From Candidatus Hodarchaeota archaeon (GTDB lineage: Archaea; Asgardarchaeota; Lokiarchaeia; Sigyniarchaeales; SOKP01): a stretch of DNA of 64,000 nt. Shown here one piece after another: positions 37,590 through 47,431 of the stretch (positions are counted from its first letter, which is position 1; every line of letters starts with the position of its first letter). A program made the position numbers and the translations under genes. The stretch lies in assembly GCA_048887225.1 (NCBI GenBank), contig JBHLJY010000002.1, positions 224,001-288,000 on the forward strand, written 5' to 3'. The notes beneath the pieces are model-generated. The model was not told the DNA's origin, searched no databases, and worked only from the letters and a program-made list of their open reading frames with translations.

Positions 37590-38525
37590 ATGAATGAAAA
37601 TATTATTGAAACTATTGATTTAACTAAAGAATTCAAGTTAAAAGCCGGTGGAAAAATTTTAGCATTAAATCGAATCAATTTCGCAATAAAAAATGGAGAG
37701 ATTTTTGGTCTTTTAGGTCCAAATGGGGCTGGAAAAACTACTTTGGTATCAATTTTATCAACCTTACTACAACCTACTAGTGGAACTGCTAAAGTTTTTG
37801 GATTAGATGTACGGAAAAATCCTAAAGTAATTAAAAGAAAAATCGGGTTAATGTTAGGAGAGGAAATGATTTATTATCGTATGACTGGAATTGACAATTT
37901 AAAATTTTTCGCAAGGCTATATCAAATCAAAAATTATAGAGAAAAGATAAAAGAAGTAACATCAATTTTAGGAATCAATCATAAATTAAAAGAATACGTA
38001 TCCAATTATTCTCGTGGTCAGAAATTAAGAATGGCCTTATCTAGAATTTTACTAATTGAACCTGAACTACTATTTTTAGATGAGCCTTTATTAGGTATGG
38101 ATCCAAAAACTACAAGAGAATTAATTAAAATCCTCGTAGGGCTCGATAAAACAATACTTTTAACTTCTCATCAAATGCATGTTGTTCAACAACTCTGTGA
38201 ACGAATTGCATTTCTAAATCGAGGTAATATCATAAAAATTGATACAAAAGAGAACTTTATTGATATTTTAAGACATTTTATTCGAATAAGTTTCAATATT
38301 ATTGATGAAAAAAATAAAAGACAATTAAAAAAGGAATTAAACTCACTTAATTATATTAATAAAATTAGCCACAAAAAAGATGGTTTTATTATATCTATAA
38401 ATGATTATAAGTATTATCCTTCACTTTTGTCTTGTTTAGGAAAATACCCCGTTCAAAAGATTAGAGAAATAGAACCGAGCTTAGATGATGTATTTATTGA
38501 ATTATCTACTCAAAAAGATATTTAA
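37590..38525 (+). CDS. ABC transporter ATP-binding protein (DrrA/NodI-like)
   Basis: GPNGAGKTT, YSRGQ, LFLDEP, TSH, PSLDDVF. Confidence 0.93.
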   Translation: MNENIIETIDLTKEFKLKAGGKILALNRINFAIKNGEIFGLLGPNGAGKTTLVSILSTLLQPTSGTAKVFGLDVRKNPKVIKRKIGLMLGEEMIYYRMTGIDNLKFFARLYQIKNYREKIKEVTSILGINHKLKEYVSNYSRGQKLRMALSRILLIEPELLFLDEPLLGMDPKTTRELIKILVGLDKTILLTSHQMHVVQQLCERIAFLNRGNIIKIDTKENFIDILRHFIRISFNIIDEKNKRQLKKELNSLNYINKISHKKDGFIISINDYKYYPSLLSCLGKYPVQKIREIEPSLDDVFIELSTQKDI

Positions 38526-38537
38526 GTGTAACTATCT

Positions 38538-39686
38538 GTGAAAATCGATATAATCTTACCTTCATTTAATAAACCTGAAAAATATCAAAGATATCAAAAG
38601 GCCCAAAGATTCACTCCATTTCCATCCTTCATTGGAAGTTGGTTTCCTGTATGGTATAATAGGAAACAACTTAAAAATATGGGAGTGTCTATACGATTTA
38701 TTAATTTTTTTAATATAAACTATAAAAAACTTCGAGATCATGTAGGATTCGACAACAGAATTATAGGGAACTTAGGAAGGAGTTATGGTAAAGTTAGAAT
38801 AACGACTAAAAAAGCGATTATTCCAATATTAAAAAAAATTCGGACTAAGGCAGAACATATTATTTATTTCGACAATGGAGATGGAACAGGCCATACTCAA
38901 TTTGAAGTATTACCTTACGTTGACCGTTATTTAAAAAAACAACTATTAAAAAATCGATTATTATATTCAAATTTTCTTTATAAAAAGCGGTTATTCACCG
39001 ATTTCTATCTAAAAAAATACAATCTAAAACCAGAAGGCACCACCACTTCGCTTCATCCAATTGATCCTCAATATGAGCATAAAATAGGTTTGTCCTGGAA
39101 TTTTGCCTATAGAGACTATCGCCCCTCAAATCAAATTAATAAGATCTTTTATGGCTTTTCAAAATTTCCTTCTTTGAAATACTGTAGCCCTTATAATAGC
39201 CGAAAGTTACTTTTTTCAGCTAATTATAGTATAAAAACGGGTTCAAACTTGATTGATTTTCAGAGGAAAGAGCTTTTAAAATATCTTGAAAACAACTTTA
39301 AAGAAAATAAGGCAGTATCAATTGGGAGGATACCAAAGAAAATATATGTAAAAACTCAAAAAAATTCAAAAGCTATTTTTAGTCCATTTGGTTGGGGGGA
39401 ATTATGTTATCGAGATTTTGAAATTTTCATTTCAGGTGCAGCTTTAATAAAACCCAATGTTGATCATATAGTTACTTGGCCGAAATTATATATAAAAAAC
39501 AAAACTTATTTTCCAATATCGTGGGAAGTTGAAAAATGGGATGATGAAATACCACATATTTTGAATGACGAGAATCTTTTATTAAAAATAGCGATAAAAG
39601 GTCAAGATTCATATAAAAGCCTGTGGACACAAAAGGGGAGAAAAAAGTTCTGTGAGCACTTTATCGAGATGGTAAGTCCAAATTAA
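38538..39686 (+). CDS. GT-B glycosyltransferase-like protein
   Basis: YLKKQLL, FSPFGWGELCYRDFE..ISGA.LIKP, IA.KGQ. Confidence 0.65.
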   Translation: MKIDIILPSFNKPEKYQRYQKAQRFTPFPSFIGSWFPVWYNRKQLKNMGVSIRFINFFNINYKKLRDHVGFDNRIIGNLGRSYGKVRITTKKAIIPILKKIRTKAEHIIYFDNGDGTGHTQFEVLPYVDRYLKKQLLKNRLLYSNFLYKKRLFTDFYLKKYNLKPEGTTTSLHPIDPQYEHKIGLSWNFAYRDYRPSNQINKIFYGFSKFPSLKYCSPYNSRKLLFSANYSIKTGSNLIDFQRKELLKYLENNFKENKAVSIGRIPKKIYVKTQKNSKAIFSPFGWGELCYRDFEIFISGAALIKPNVDHIVTWPKLYIKNKTYFPISWEVEKWDDEIPHILNDENLLLKIAIKGQDSYKSLWTQKGRKKFCEHFIEMVSPN

Positions 39687-40501
39687 GTATTATTAAAAAG
39701 AGATTTTTTTATTAAGATATCTAAATTAAAAGGACGGTATTTGGATGTTTTATTAAATAACTGTTTTAATTTTTCGTATTCGTTATGATTATCTACATCT
39801 AGCCATATCGTATCGGGAAAATCTAAATAAGAAACATTAAAATCTAAATTAATCGCTGAAAGTAAAATATCAGATACTCCAAACTTATCATCAATCTTTT
39901 CGATAAATTGAGATATTCTTTTTATAGTTTTAGTTTTCATAAGAAAGGCGCCCATATCAAGGCGGTTATAATTTTCAATTTGTTTACCAATTTCCTTGAT
40001 TTGGGCATTATATCCAAGAACCTTGGTACAATCCTCTAAATCATAGTGCCCTATAATTTTTATTGGATCGGTAGCTAAGACAATATCTTGATTATTATAT
40101 TTTTTAATTAATTCTTCATATACGTTAACAGAGAAGATGTGGTCAGCCATAGATAATATAAAAAATTCAGAATTTACATTTTTAGCACCTAAGAAGAGGC
40201 TATAGCCATTTTCTCTTTCAATGTTGTCGTTTTCAATGAAATTTAAACTTATATTTGTTGTTTTGAAAGATATGTTTTTTAAAAAACTGAAACATGATTT
40301 TTTTATCTCGGTTGTATCAGCATCCATATCTACAATTAAATTAATTTTTTTAATACCAGCTTTAATCATTCCTACGATTATATAATTTAATATATTAGAC
40401 CTTGCAAAAGGTAATAGATACTTCTTATACGAGCTATCTCGAAAATCGAATCGACTCGCACATCCCGCAGCAAGAATAATACTTTCAACATTCATATTCA
40501 A
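39683..40501 (-). CDS. NTP transferase resembling CTP:inositol-1-phosphate cytidylyltransferase (IPCT); stand-alone
   Basis: ILAAG.ASRF, RENGYSL, SMADH, DMGAF, WLDVD. Directly downstream of two MIPS genes. No fused membrane DIPPS domain. Confidence 0.75.
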   Translation of the reverse strand: MNMNVESIILAAGCASRFDFRDSSYKKYLLPFARSNILNYIIVGMIKAGIKKINLIVDMDADTTEIKKSCFSFLKNISFKTTNISLNFIENDNIERENGYSLFLGAKNVNSEFFILSMADHIFSVNVYEELIKKYNNQDIVLATDPIKIIGHYDLEDCTKVLGYNAQIKEIGKQIENYNRLDMGAFLMKTKTIKRISQFIEKIDDKFGVSDILLSAINLDFNVSYLDFPDTIWLDVDNHNEYEKLKQLFNKTSKYRPFNLDILIKKSLFNNT

Positions 40502-40537
40502 TTAAGATGTCTAATAGTTTCTACTTTAAAAATTAAT

Positions 40538-41677
40538 TTATCTCTCACGTTTACCTTCTATGAATTCTAGAACCCATTCCTTGGCTATAAAATCCGATGG
40601 AGGTTGAATATGGGGGTGTTTAAAACTAAAGGAACTTATGCTTTCTAGTCGCCCTGAAATTCTTCTATCCAAAGCTAGTTTCATAACCCGCACGACATCC
40701 AATATAACTCCTGCGGAATTGGGGGAATCCTCAACCCTGATTTTTACATCCATTACTAAAGGTAAGTTCCCATATGTCGTACCATCTATTCTAATATAAC
40801 AAATCTTTTTATCTTCAAGAAAAGGTACATAATCACTCGGACCAATTCTGCAATTAATAGGATATGGAAGAACAGAAGTTACTGAGGTTGTTTTTGATTC
40901 ACGCTTAGTTTTTAAGCGATTTTCCAATTTCATATTATAGAAATCACCATTGCCTCCGATGTTTAATTGATAAGTATCATTCACTATTACACCCCTATCC
41001 AGAAACATCTTTGCCAGAACTCGATGTGTGATAGTTGCCCCTACTTGAGATTTAATGTCATCTCCTGCGCATGGTAGTCCATTCTTTTCAAATTCAGCAA
41101 CCCAGTCCTTATCTCCCTCGAGCTTTTCAGATATAATAAATTCTGGAATTCCATTAACAAATCCACAACCAGCATCGATAGCTGCTTGAGCATATAATCT
41201 TGAAGCGTTATAGCTTCCGACCGGCAGAAGATTTACTAAGATCTCTGCCCTATTATCTCGTAATGTTTGGGCAATGTCAACAGGTCTAATAACACTTTCA
41301 TCATATGCCTTGAAATAATCTAATGTTGATAAACGCTCATCTTCAGTTTTATAACATCCATCAGAAATTGGTCCGGGATAACAAAGCGCTCCTGTTTTTG
41401 GCATATCGTTAGGTTTTACAATTGGTTGACAACAATTAGGTTCAGCATATATAGCATCTGATATATCTTTATTAATTTTTGTTGTTGAAACATCAAATGC
41501 AGCAACTACTTTAATATGACGAGGCAAATATCCCTCAATACTTGGATTCATTAAACCCATTATATACATATCTTCCTCTTTAATATTCTTATAATATTCA
41601 ATTCCTTGTAATAAAGCAGAAGCACAATTTCCAAGACCAGCTATTGCAATACGAATTTCTTTTGAATCGTTTTCCAT
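40538..41677 (-). CDS. ino1: myo-inositol-1-phosphate synthase
   Basis: GLGNCASAL.QG, LPVGS, GDDIKSQVGAT, LNIGGNGDF, KRESKT, GPSDYVPFLEDKK, EDSPNSAG, FKHP. Confidence 0.93.
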   Translation of the reverse strand: MENDSKEIRIAIAGLGNCASALLQGIEYYKNIKEEDMYIMGLMNPSIEGYLPRHIKVVAAFDVSTTKINKDISDAIYAEPNCCQPIVKPNDMPKTGALCYPGPISDGCYKTEDERLSTLDYFKAYDESVIRPVDIAQTLRDNRAEILVNLLPVGSYNASRLYAQAAIDAGCGFVNGIPEFIISEKLEGDKDWVAEFEKNGLPCAGDDIKSQVGATITHRVLAKMFLDRGVIVNDTYQLNIGGNGDFYNMKLENRLKTKRESKTTSVTSVLPYPINCRIGPSDYVPFLEDKKICYIRIDGTTYGNLPLVMDVKIRVEDSPNSAGVILDVVRVMKLALDRRISGRLESISSFSFKHPHIQPPSDFIAKEWVLEFIEGKRER

Positions 41678-41681
41678 GATT

Positions 41682-42746
41682 TCAACCCTCCTGTTTTATT
41701 CCTAATATAAATGATGCTAAATTTTTATTTGCCTCTGATGGATTCTTAGGATATTTTGGTGGATTTTTAAATCCATACGCAGAAATTTCATCTATTGATC
41801 CTGCGACACCCTGATTAATTGCGACTTTTGTAGCACGAATGACATCTGCTAATACAGAACCACCATTAGGACCATCTTCAGTTTGGATCTTAATATCCAT
41901 AATTACCTTAGATCCTAAGAAACCATTTCCAACAATCCAGAGCATAGAGTTCCGTTTATTCTTAAGGAAACCCACCCAATCAGAAGTTCCGGCCACAATT
42001 GGAGCATCAATATTTAAAGCTCCCGCTACGGACTTACTTTTTATTTCTCGTTTTATTTCTCGCGCTCGATATATTGTATTTAAACTCTCAGCACCACCCC
42101 CAACATCGAGAGCATAACTTTCTTTTATATCAATCCCCCGATCCAACAATTCTTGAAGAATTAATTTATGCAATATTGTCGCTCCAAATTGGTCTTGTAA
42201 ATCATCTCCAATTAGAGGCAATTTTGCATCATAGAATTTTTGAGCAATTTCTTTATCGGTTGCAATACTTGTAGGTGTAGCATTAATAAAGGCACAACCA
42301 GCTTTAAGGGCTTCGCTTGCATAAAATCGTACAGCATTGTCTGCTCCAGAAGGTAATAAGCATAAGACAATCTCCGCCCCGGTCGATATTAAGTATTCAG
42401 ATATATTTATTGATGGTAGTTTTGCTGGTTTAATATTAAATTCTGTTTCCTTAATGGCTCCATCTAAAACATTGCCCATAACAACGATGATATCATAATT
42501 TTTACGGAAATCAACCTTAATATCCAATTCATTTTCTCTAATTGCTTTGTAAACCTTTTTACCAACCTTTCTCTCCGAGATATCAACAGCTGCGACTATC
42601 TGAATATCTGAAATATGATAACCAGCTAACGTTGGGCGAAGCAATCCTCCATTATTCAATCCCTCACGGTAATATTCAATACCTTGGATTAACGCAGATG
42701 CAGCATTACCTATTCCAACAATTGCTAACTTAATTTTTTCTGGCAT
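41682..42746 (-). CDS. Divergent myo-inositol-1-phosphate synthase paralogue
   Basis: GIGNAASALIQG, GDDLQDQFGAT, GTSDWV, EDGPNGG, FKNPP; several active-site positions differ. Confidence 0.8.
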   Translation of the reverse strand: MPEKIKLAIVGIGNAASALIQGIEYYREGLNNGGLLRPTLAGYHISDIQIVAAVDISERKVGKKVYKAIRENELDIKVDFRKNYDIIVVMGNVLDGAIKETEFNIKPAKLPSINISEYLISTGAEIVLCLLPSGADNAVRFYASEALKAGCAFINATPTSIATDKEIAQKFYDAKLPLIGDDLQDQFGATILHKLILQELLDRGIDIKESYALDVGGGAESLNTIYRAREIKREIKSKSVAGALNIDAPIVAGTSDWVGFLKNKRNSMLWIVGNGFLGSKVIMDIKIQTEDGPNGGSVLADVIRATKVAINQGVAGSIDEISAYGFKNPPKYPKNPSEANKNLASFILGIKQEG

Positions 42747-42907
42747 ATGAACACTTCACTGTGAATTTCAGTATAAATTTGATTATTAAGAAATCAAAAT
42801 AAAATTTTCTCTATTGGATGAAAACATAAAGAGGAAAAAAATATAAAACATCATTTAATAAAAATAAATAGAAGAGAAGGATATAATGTTATAAATTTAA
42901 CAATCTC

Positions 42908-45352
42908 ATGCCAAAAATAACCAAGATATTTAATCGAATTTTGGATTTGATTTCCAAAAGGATTGCCATGAATATTAGGCACTTTTTTAGCCTGATAATC
43001 TCAAAATTTTATAGTAATAAAGTTGACGAGAATTTAATTGTCTTTGGATCTACGAACGGGAATGCTTTTTCTGGAAATTCTAAAGAACTATTTTTATATC
43101 TAACAGAAAACTCAAATTATCACTGTGTCTGGTTTACCTCATCAGATATAATTCTGAATGATTTAAGAAAAAAGGGATATCATGCAGAGTCAAATCGTAA
43201 GATTGTAAAACCGGTAAAATTCTTAAAAAGAGCCAAATATATCTTTATCACCCATGGATTCGGGGATGTTTTATTAGTAGATTTCTCACCAGATACTACT
43301 GTGGTTCATTTAGACCATGGTTCTGCATTAAAACTCATTGGATACGGTTTGAAAGCTTCATTTTTAAATGTGTTTCAGAGGAAAGTCCATGAGTATTGGA
43401 ATAAAAGAATTAGTTATTTAACGGTTTGTTCAGAGGAAACAAAAAGAATCAAGCGATTTAGTTATGATTTACCCTCTGAAAGAGTAATAATTACGGGATA
43501 TCCAAGAAATAAAACTCTTGAAGAAAACTCAATTGAAGCTCAAAATGAGCTAAGGGAGAAATTATATATTGAAAATAGTGAGGAAATATTATTATATGCT
43601 CCTACTTTTAGGGATTATCCCATTCAGAGCCCTCTTAATGGTGATTTTTTAAAAGAATTAGATGAATTTTTATTAAGAAATAATAAAATTCTTTTATACA
43701 AACCTCATCCATTTGAGGAAAAAATAGATCTTAACAAATATCAAAATATTAGATCAATCGACCCGAATGTTGATATTAATGATTTACTTGTAATTGCCGA
43801 TTTGTTAATAACAGATTATTCTGGTGTATTTTTTGATTATCTTCTCACTTTAAGACCAATTCTTTTTTTTCCTTATGATTTAGAGAAATATACAGGAGCA
43901 CGAGACTTTTTTTATGATTATAACACCCTTGTTCCAGGCCCAATTGTTAGGACTGGAGAACAGTTAATCTCAAAATTAGAAACTATGCAACAATGGAGCG
44001 TGGAATATTTAGAATCAAGATTAAAGGCTCGAGATAAATTTAATAAATATCACGACGGAAGAGCAATACAAAGAATCGTAGAACTTTTAAACCTTAAAAT
44101 AGAAAAACCAATAAGACCTATATTACCTCCAAAAGTTAGGATTGAGCCACTCATTGGAAGATTTAATAGGACCTTCAATAATGTTCTTGAATTTGTATCC
44201 AAAAAAGTTGGAATGAATATAAAACATATTTTATCTTATCCCTTGTCCAAGCTATTTAGTAAAAAGGTATATGATAGCCTCTTAGTATTTGGTAGTACCA
44301 ATGGTCAAGCGTTTGCAGGTAATCCGAAGGTTGTCTTTCAATACTTATGTGAACATTCAAATTATAAGTGTGTATGGATTACTGGTTCTGAAAACGTCTA
44401 TAGAGATTTAAAAAGACGAAATTATAATGTCGTCTTGAATAAAAATATAATTAAGACAATAAAAACTCTCAAAGCAGCCAAATATATTTTTATTTCACAT
44501 GGATTTGGAGATATTTTTTATATCGATTTTTCACCAAAATCAAGATTAATTCATTTAGCACATGGAATATCCTTTAAGAAAGGAGGTCATGATTTAGAAT
44601 CAACCTTCATGCCTTTCGTTGAGAAGTGGATGAATAAAATGCTTGTCAATCATATGAATCTTTTGATTGATTCTTCAGAAGAGACAAAACGCCATAAAAT
44701 GACAAGATTTAGCCTCCCTACTGATAGAATTGCGGTAACTGGTTATCCAAGAAATGATATTTTAATTAACCATACTAAAGATTTAGATAATAGTATTAAG
44801 AAAGGATTAGGAATCAAAAAGAATTATGAAGTGATATTATACGCTCCAACGTTCAGGGACTACAGCTATACGCCTCCTTTAAGCAAACCATTTCTCGAAA
44901 AACTAGAAGAATACCTCATAGCTGAAAACAAATGTTTTTTATATAAACCGCATCCATTTGAAAAGCAACTTGATTTAGGTGATTTTAAGAATATTAAGTC
45001 AATCGATCCTAACGTTGACATCCTTGATTTATTAATAATTTCCGATATATTGATAACAGATTATTCTAGTGTATTTTATGACTATCTCCTCACAGTAAGA
45101 CCAATAATCTTTTTTGCAGAGGATTTAGATAGATATACCAATGTAAGAGATTTTTATTATGATTACGAATCATTCGTACCTGGACCAGTTGTAAAAACCA
45201 GCGACCAATTAATTGAAGTTCTAAAATCTTTTAATCAATGGGAACCAAAATATAAAGAAAGAAGAAAACAAATGCGAGATCAATTTAATAAATATCATGA
45301 TGGAAGGTCTACAGAGAGAATTGTTGATCTACTCGAATTAAAGACGTTTTAA
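42908..45352 (+). CDS. Protein with two tandem TagF/TagB-like CDP-polyol phosphotransferase domains
   Basis: Two copies of HG..K, TGYPRN, LYAPTFRD, KPHP, ITDYS..F.DY, YHDG...RIV joined by a Pro-rich linker. Confidence 0.9.
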   Translation: MPKITKIFNRILDLISKRIAMNIRHFFSLIISKFYSNKVDENLIVFGSTNGNAFSGNSKELFLYLTENSNYHCVWFTSSDIILNDLRKKGYHAESNRKIVKPVKFLKRAKYIFITHGFGDVLLVDFSPDTTVVHLDHGSALKLIGYGLKASFLNVFQRKVHEYWNKRISYLTVCSEETKRIKRFSYDLPSERVIITGYPRNKTLEENSIEAQNELREKLYIENSEEILLYAPTFRDYPIQSPLNGDFLKELDEFLLRNNKILLYKPHPFEEKIDLNKYQNIRSIDPNVDINDLLVIADLLITDYSGVFFDYLLTLRPILFFPYDLEKYTGARDFFYDYNTLVPGPIVRTGEQLISKLETMQQWSVEYLESRLKARDKFNKYHDGRAIQRIVELLNLKIEKPIRPILPPKVRIEPLIGRFNRTFNNVLEFVSKKVGMNIKHILSYPLSKLFSKKVYDSLLVFGSTNGQAFAGNPKVVFQYLCEHSNYKCVWITGSENVYRDLKRRNYNVVLNKNIIKTIKTLKAAKYIFISHGFGDIFYIDFSPKSRLIHLAHGISFKKGGHDLESTFMPFVEKWMNKMLVNHMNLLIDSSEETKRHKMTRFSLPTDRIAVTGYPRNDILINHTKDLDNSIKKGLGIKKNYEVILYAPTFRDYSYTPPLSKPFLEKLEEYLIAENKCFLYKPHPFEKQLDLGDFKNIKSIDPNVDILDLLIISDILITDYSSVFYDYLLTVRPIIFFAEDLDRYTNVRDFYYDYESFVPGPVVKTSDQLIEVLKSFNQWEPKYKERRKQMRDQFNKYHDGRSTERIVDLLELKTF

Positions 45353-45357
45353 TTTAA

Positions 45358-46512
45358 TCAAGCTATTTTTTCAATCTTCTTATTGTATAAATCGGTAAAA
45401 ATCTCTTTCCATTTTATAATTGCGATTTCAATGTTCATCTCTCGCTTAACATATTTGTAAGCATTCTCGCTGAAATTTGTCCATGCCTCTGGATTTTTGA
45501 GCAAGTGATTCAAATTCTCTATTAATGTGTTGAAATTATTATTACAAAACAGACCAACTTGGTTTTTTCCTATGAAATTGTCAGGATTGATATTTAAGCT
45601 TAAGATTGGTGTTGAAGAATTCATTGATTGATTGAAAGAATTAGGAAAACCTTCTGTTAATGATGTATTCACAAATACCTTCGCATTTTTATAATAATCA
45701 TCCACCTCAGAAAAAGGTATACCTGGTATAAATTGAAGATTTTTGACCTTATTTGCAGTATTCTTAATATATTCAAAGTATTTAATGTCGTCTGCAGCCG
45801 GCATTATCATAATAAATTTTTCGTTAGGAAAATTTCTCGCCAAATCGATAAATACTTCTGGTCTTTTCCATTTTTTACCCCTTGCAACCCAAAGAATAAA
45901 ATCTCTTTTCTTGGTATCAGTTTTTTTGATAGAATAACTATTCCGAATTACTAAAGAATCAAAATTAAAGGTTCTTTTTAGAATATCTCGATCTTCCTCA
46001 TTTTGAACTACAATATAATCCACTTTTTTAAATCCTAAATAAAAGAATGAATATCTTCCACTTCCTTTTAAAATTTTTTTCAATAAATATAGTTTATTTA
46101 CTTGATGTTGATGTTCTGTTCGATGGATATGAACTTTTTTGTTTAACCTACAATAAAAATTAGTAAAGCCCACATATTTAGATAAATTAGCTGTGAAATA
46201 AATATCAGCATTTATTTGAGCCAGTTTCTTGTAAAATTTAAAAAATGAAAGGATATAGTTTTTAAAATTTTTCTTCTGTGAATGTCCTTTAATTACTTTT
46301 ATGTTATTGTATATTTCAAGAGATTTTTGACCGAAATCAGCTACCAAAAAATATATCTCGAAATTGTCATCCTTTACTAATTCATTGGCAATATTATATA
46401 AATCTACTTCTGCTCCGCCTATTTTTGCTTTTGAAGCCGGATTAAAGACCGCATAGGTGAACGCTTGTACAAAACAGATTTTAATCTTCCTTGTCATTTT
46501 AAACTCTTTCAA
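45358..46512 (-). CDS. GT4 glycosyltransferase
   Basis: IGGAE, WVAR...KRP, FVNTSLTEGFPNSF. Confidence 0.88.
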   Translation of the reverse strand: MKEFKMTRKIKICFVQAFTYAVFNPASKAKIGGAEVDLYNIANELVKDDNFEIYFLVADFGQKSLEIYNNIKVIKGHSQKKNFKNYILSFFKFYKKLAQINADIYFTANLSKYVGFTNFYCRLNKKVHIHRTEHQHQVNKLYLLKKILKGSGRYSFFYLGFKKVDYIVVQNEEDRDILKRTFNFDSLVIRNSYSIKKTDTKKRDFILWVARGKKWKRPEVFIDLARNFPNEKFIMIMPAADDIKYFEYIKNTANKVKNLQFIPGIPFSEVDDYYKNAKVFVNTSLTEGFPNSFNQSMNSSTPILSLNINPDNFIGKNQVGLFCNNNFNTLIENLNHLLKNPEAWTNFSENAYKYVKREMNIEIAIIKWKEIFTDLYNKKIEKIA

Positions 46513-47324
46513 ATTTTTCTAAAAACTGCCTCAAATGAAGGCACATTCCATTTATGATATTCTTCATAAAAGATAAATTCCAATGAAGTTTCCTTGTTAT
46601 TAATAAATTTGAATTTTTCTCCTTTTTGGTTTTCCAGAAATAATTCATTATTTTCAACATAAATATCATATTTATGCATACCAGTCCAAGATTTTCTTGA
46701 TCCCTCTCTTGTATTACTACACACAAAGAAGAATCCCCCTTTTTTAAGTAATTGATATCCATTTCTAAAACATTTTAGCGGATTCTCAGCATGATCTAAA
46801 GAATTTTGAGCAAATACTATATGAAAACTTTCTTTTTTAAAAGCTTTTAATAGATCTTCACCTTTCAATTTGATTGGAACAATTGGATAAGTATATTTTA
46901 ATTTTTTCATCATTCTTTCATAGATATCCGCCAATGGGTCAATTGCTGTAACTTTTATTAATTTTCTATCGACCCAATAAGATAGATTTGAATTAGGACC
47001 CGAACCAATTTCCAAGGTTTCTAATAATGATACATTGAATTTTTCTCTTAACTTTGATACCTCATCTCTTATCCCGGGAGCAAATGCCGCTGGATTTTTT
47101 CTACAAGATTCTAAAAAAGCAATTGGATCTTCTTTTTTTATAAAAAATAAACTTTCATAACTATAAACTTCGGAAGCTATGTTTGTTTCTCGTCTTATAT
47201 ATGATCTGAGTGAAAAGTATAAAGATTTCAAAAGTAGTTTTAAATTAATAAAGCTTATTTTGTTCTCTTTAATTGCTAGAGCAATAAACTCGTTAAATTT
47301 CTTAGATACGCCAGTTCGTTTCAT
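46509..47324 (-). CDS. SAM-dependent methyltransferase
   Basis: LEIGSGP, AIDPL, GEDL, NSLDH, LLKKGG. Confidence 0.85.
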   Translation of the reverse strand: MKRTGVSKKFNEFIALAIKENKISFINLKLLLKSLYFSLRSYIRRETNIASEVYSYESLFFIKKEDPIAFLESCRKNPAAFAPGIRDEVSKLREKFNVSLLETLEIGSGPNSNLSYWVDRKLIKVTAIDPLADIYERMMKKLKYTYPIVPIKLKGEDLLKAFKKESFHIVFAQNSLDHAENPLKCFRNGYQLLKKGGFFFVCSNTREGSRKSWTGMHKYDIYVENNELFLENQKGEKFKFINNKETSLEFIFYEEYHKWNVPSFEAVFRKI

Positions 47325-47431
47325 ACTATTACGATCCGATGAATTTTTATGAATGTTCTTTTTATAATATCTTTTAATTCTATGCTAAAATAAATTTTTA
47401 ACTTATTAGAGATTTTTGAAATCATACTATT

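Noticed and set aside
39683-42746. Standard di-myo-inositol-phosphate compatible-solute operon
   Set aside because: No DIPPS domain or gene is in the window and the context is surface-glycan synthesis. It is not fully excluded, since DIPPS could be elsewhere.
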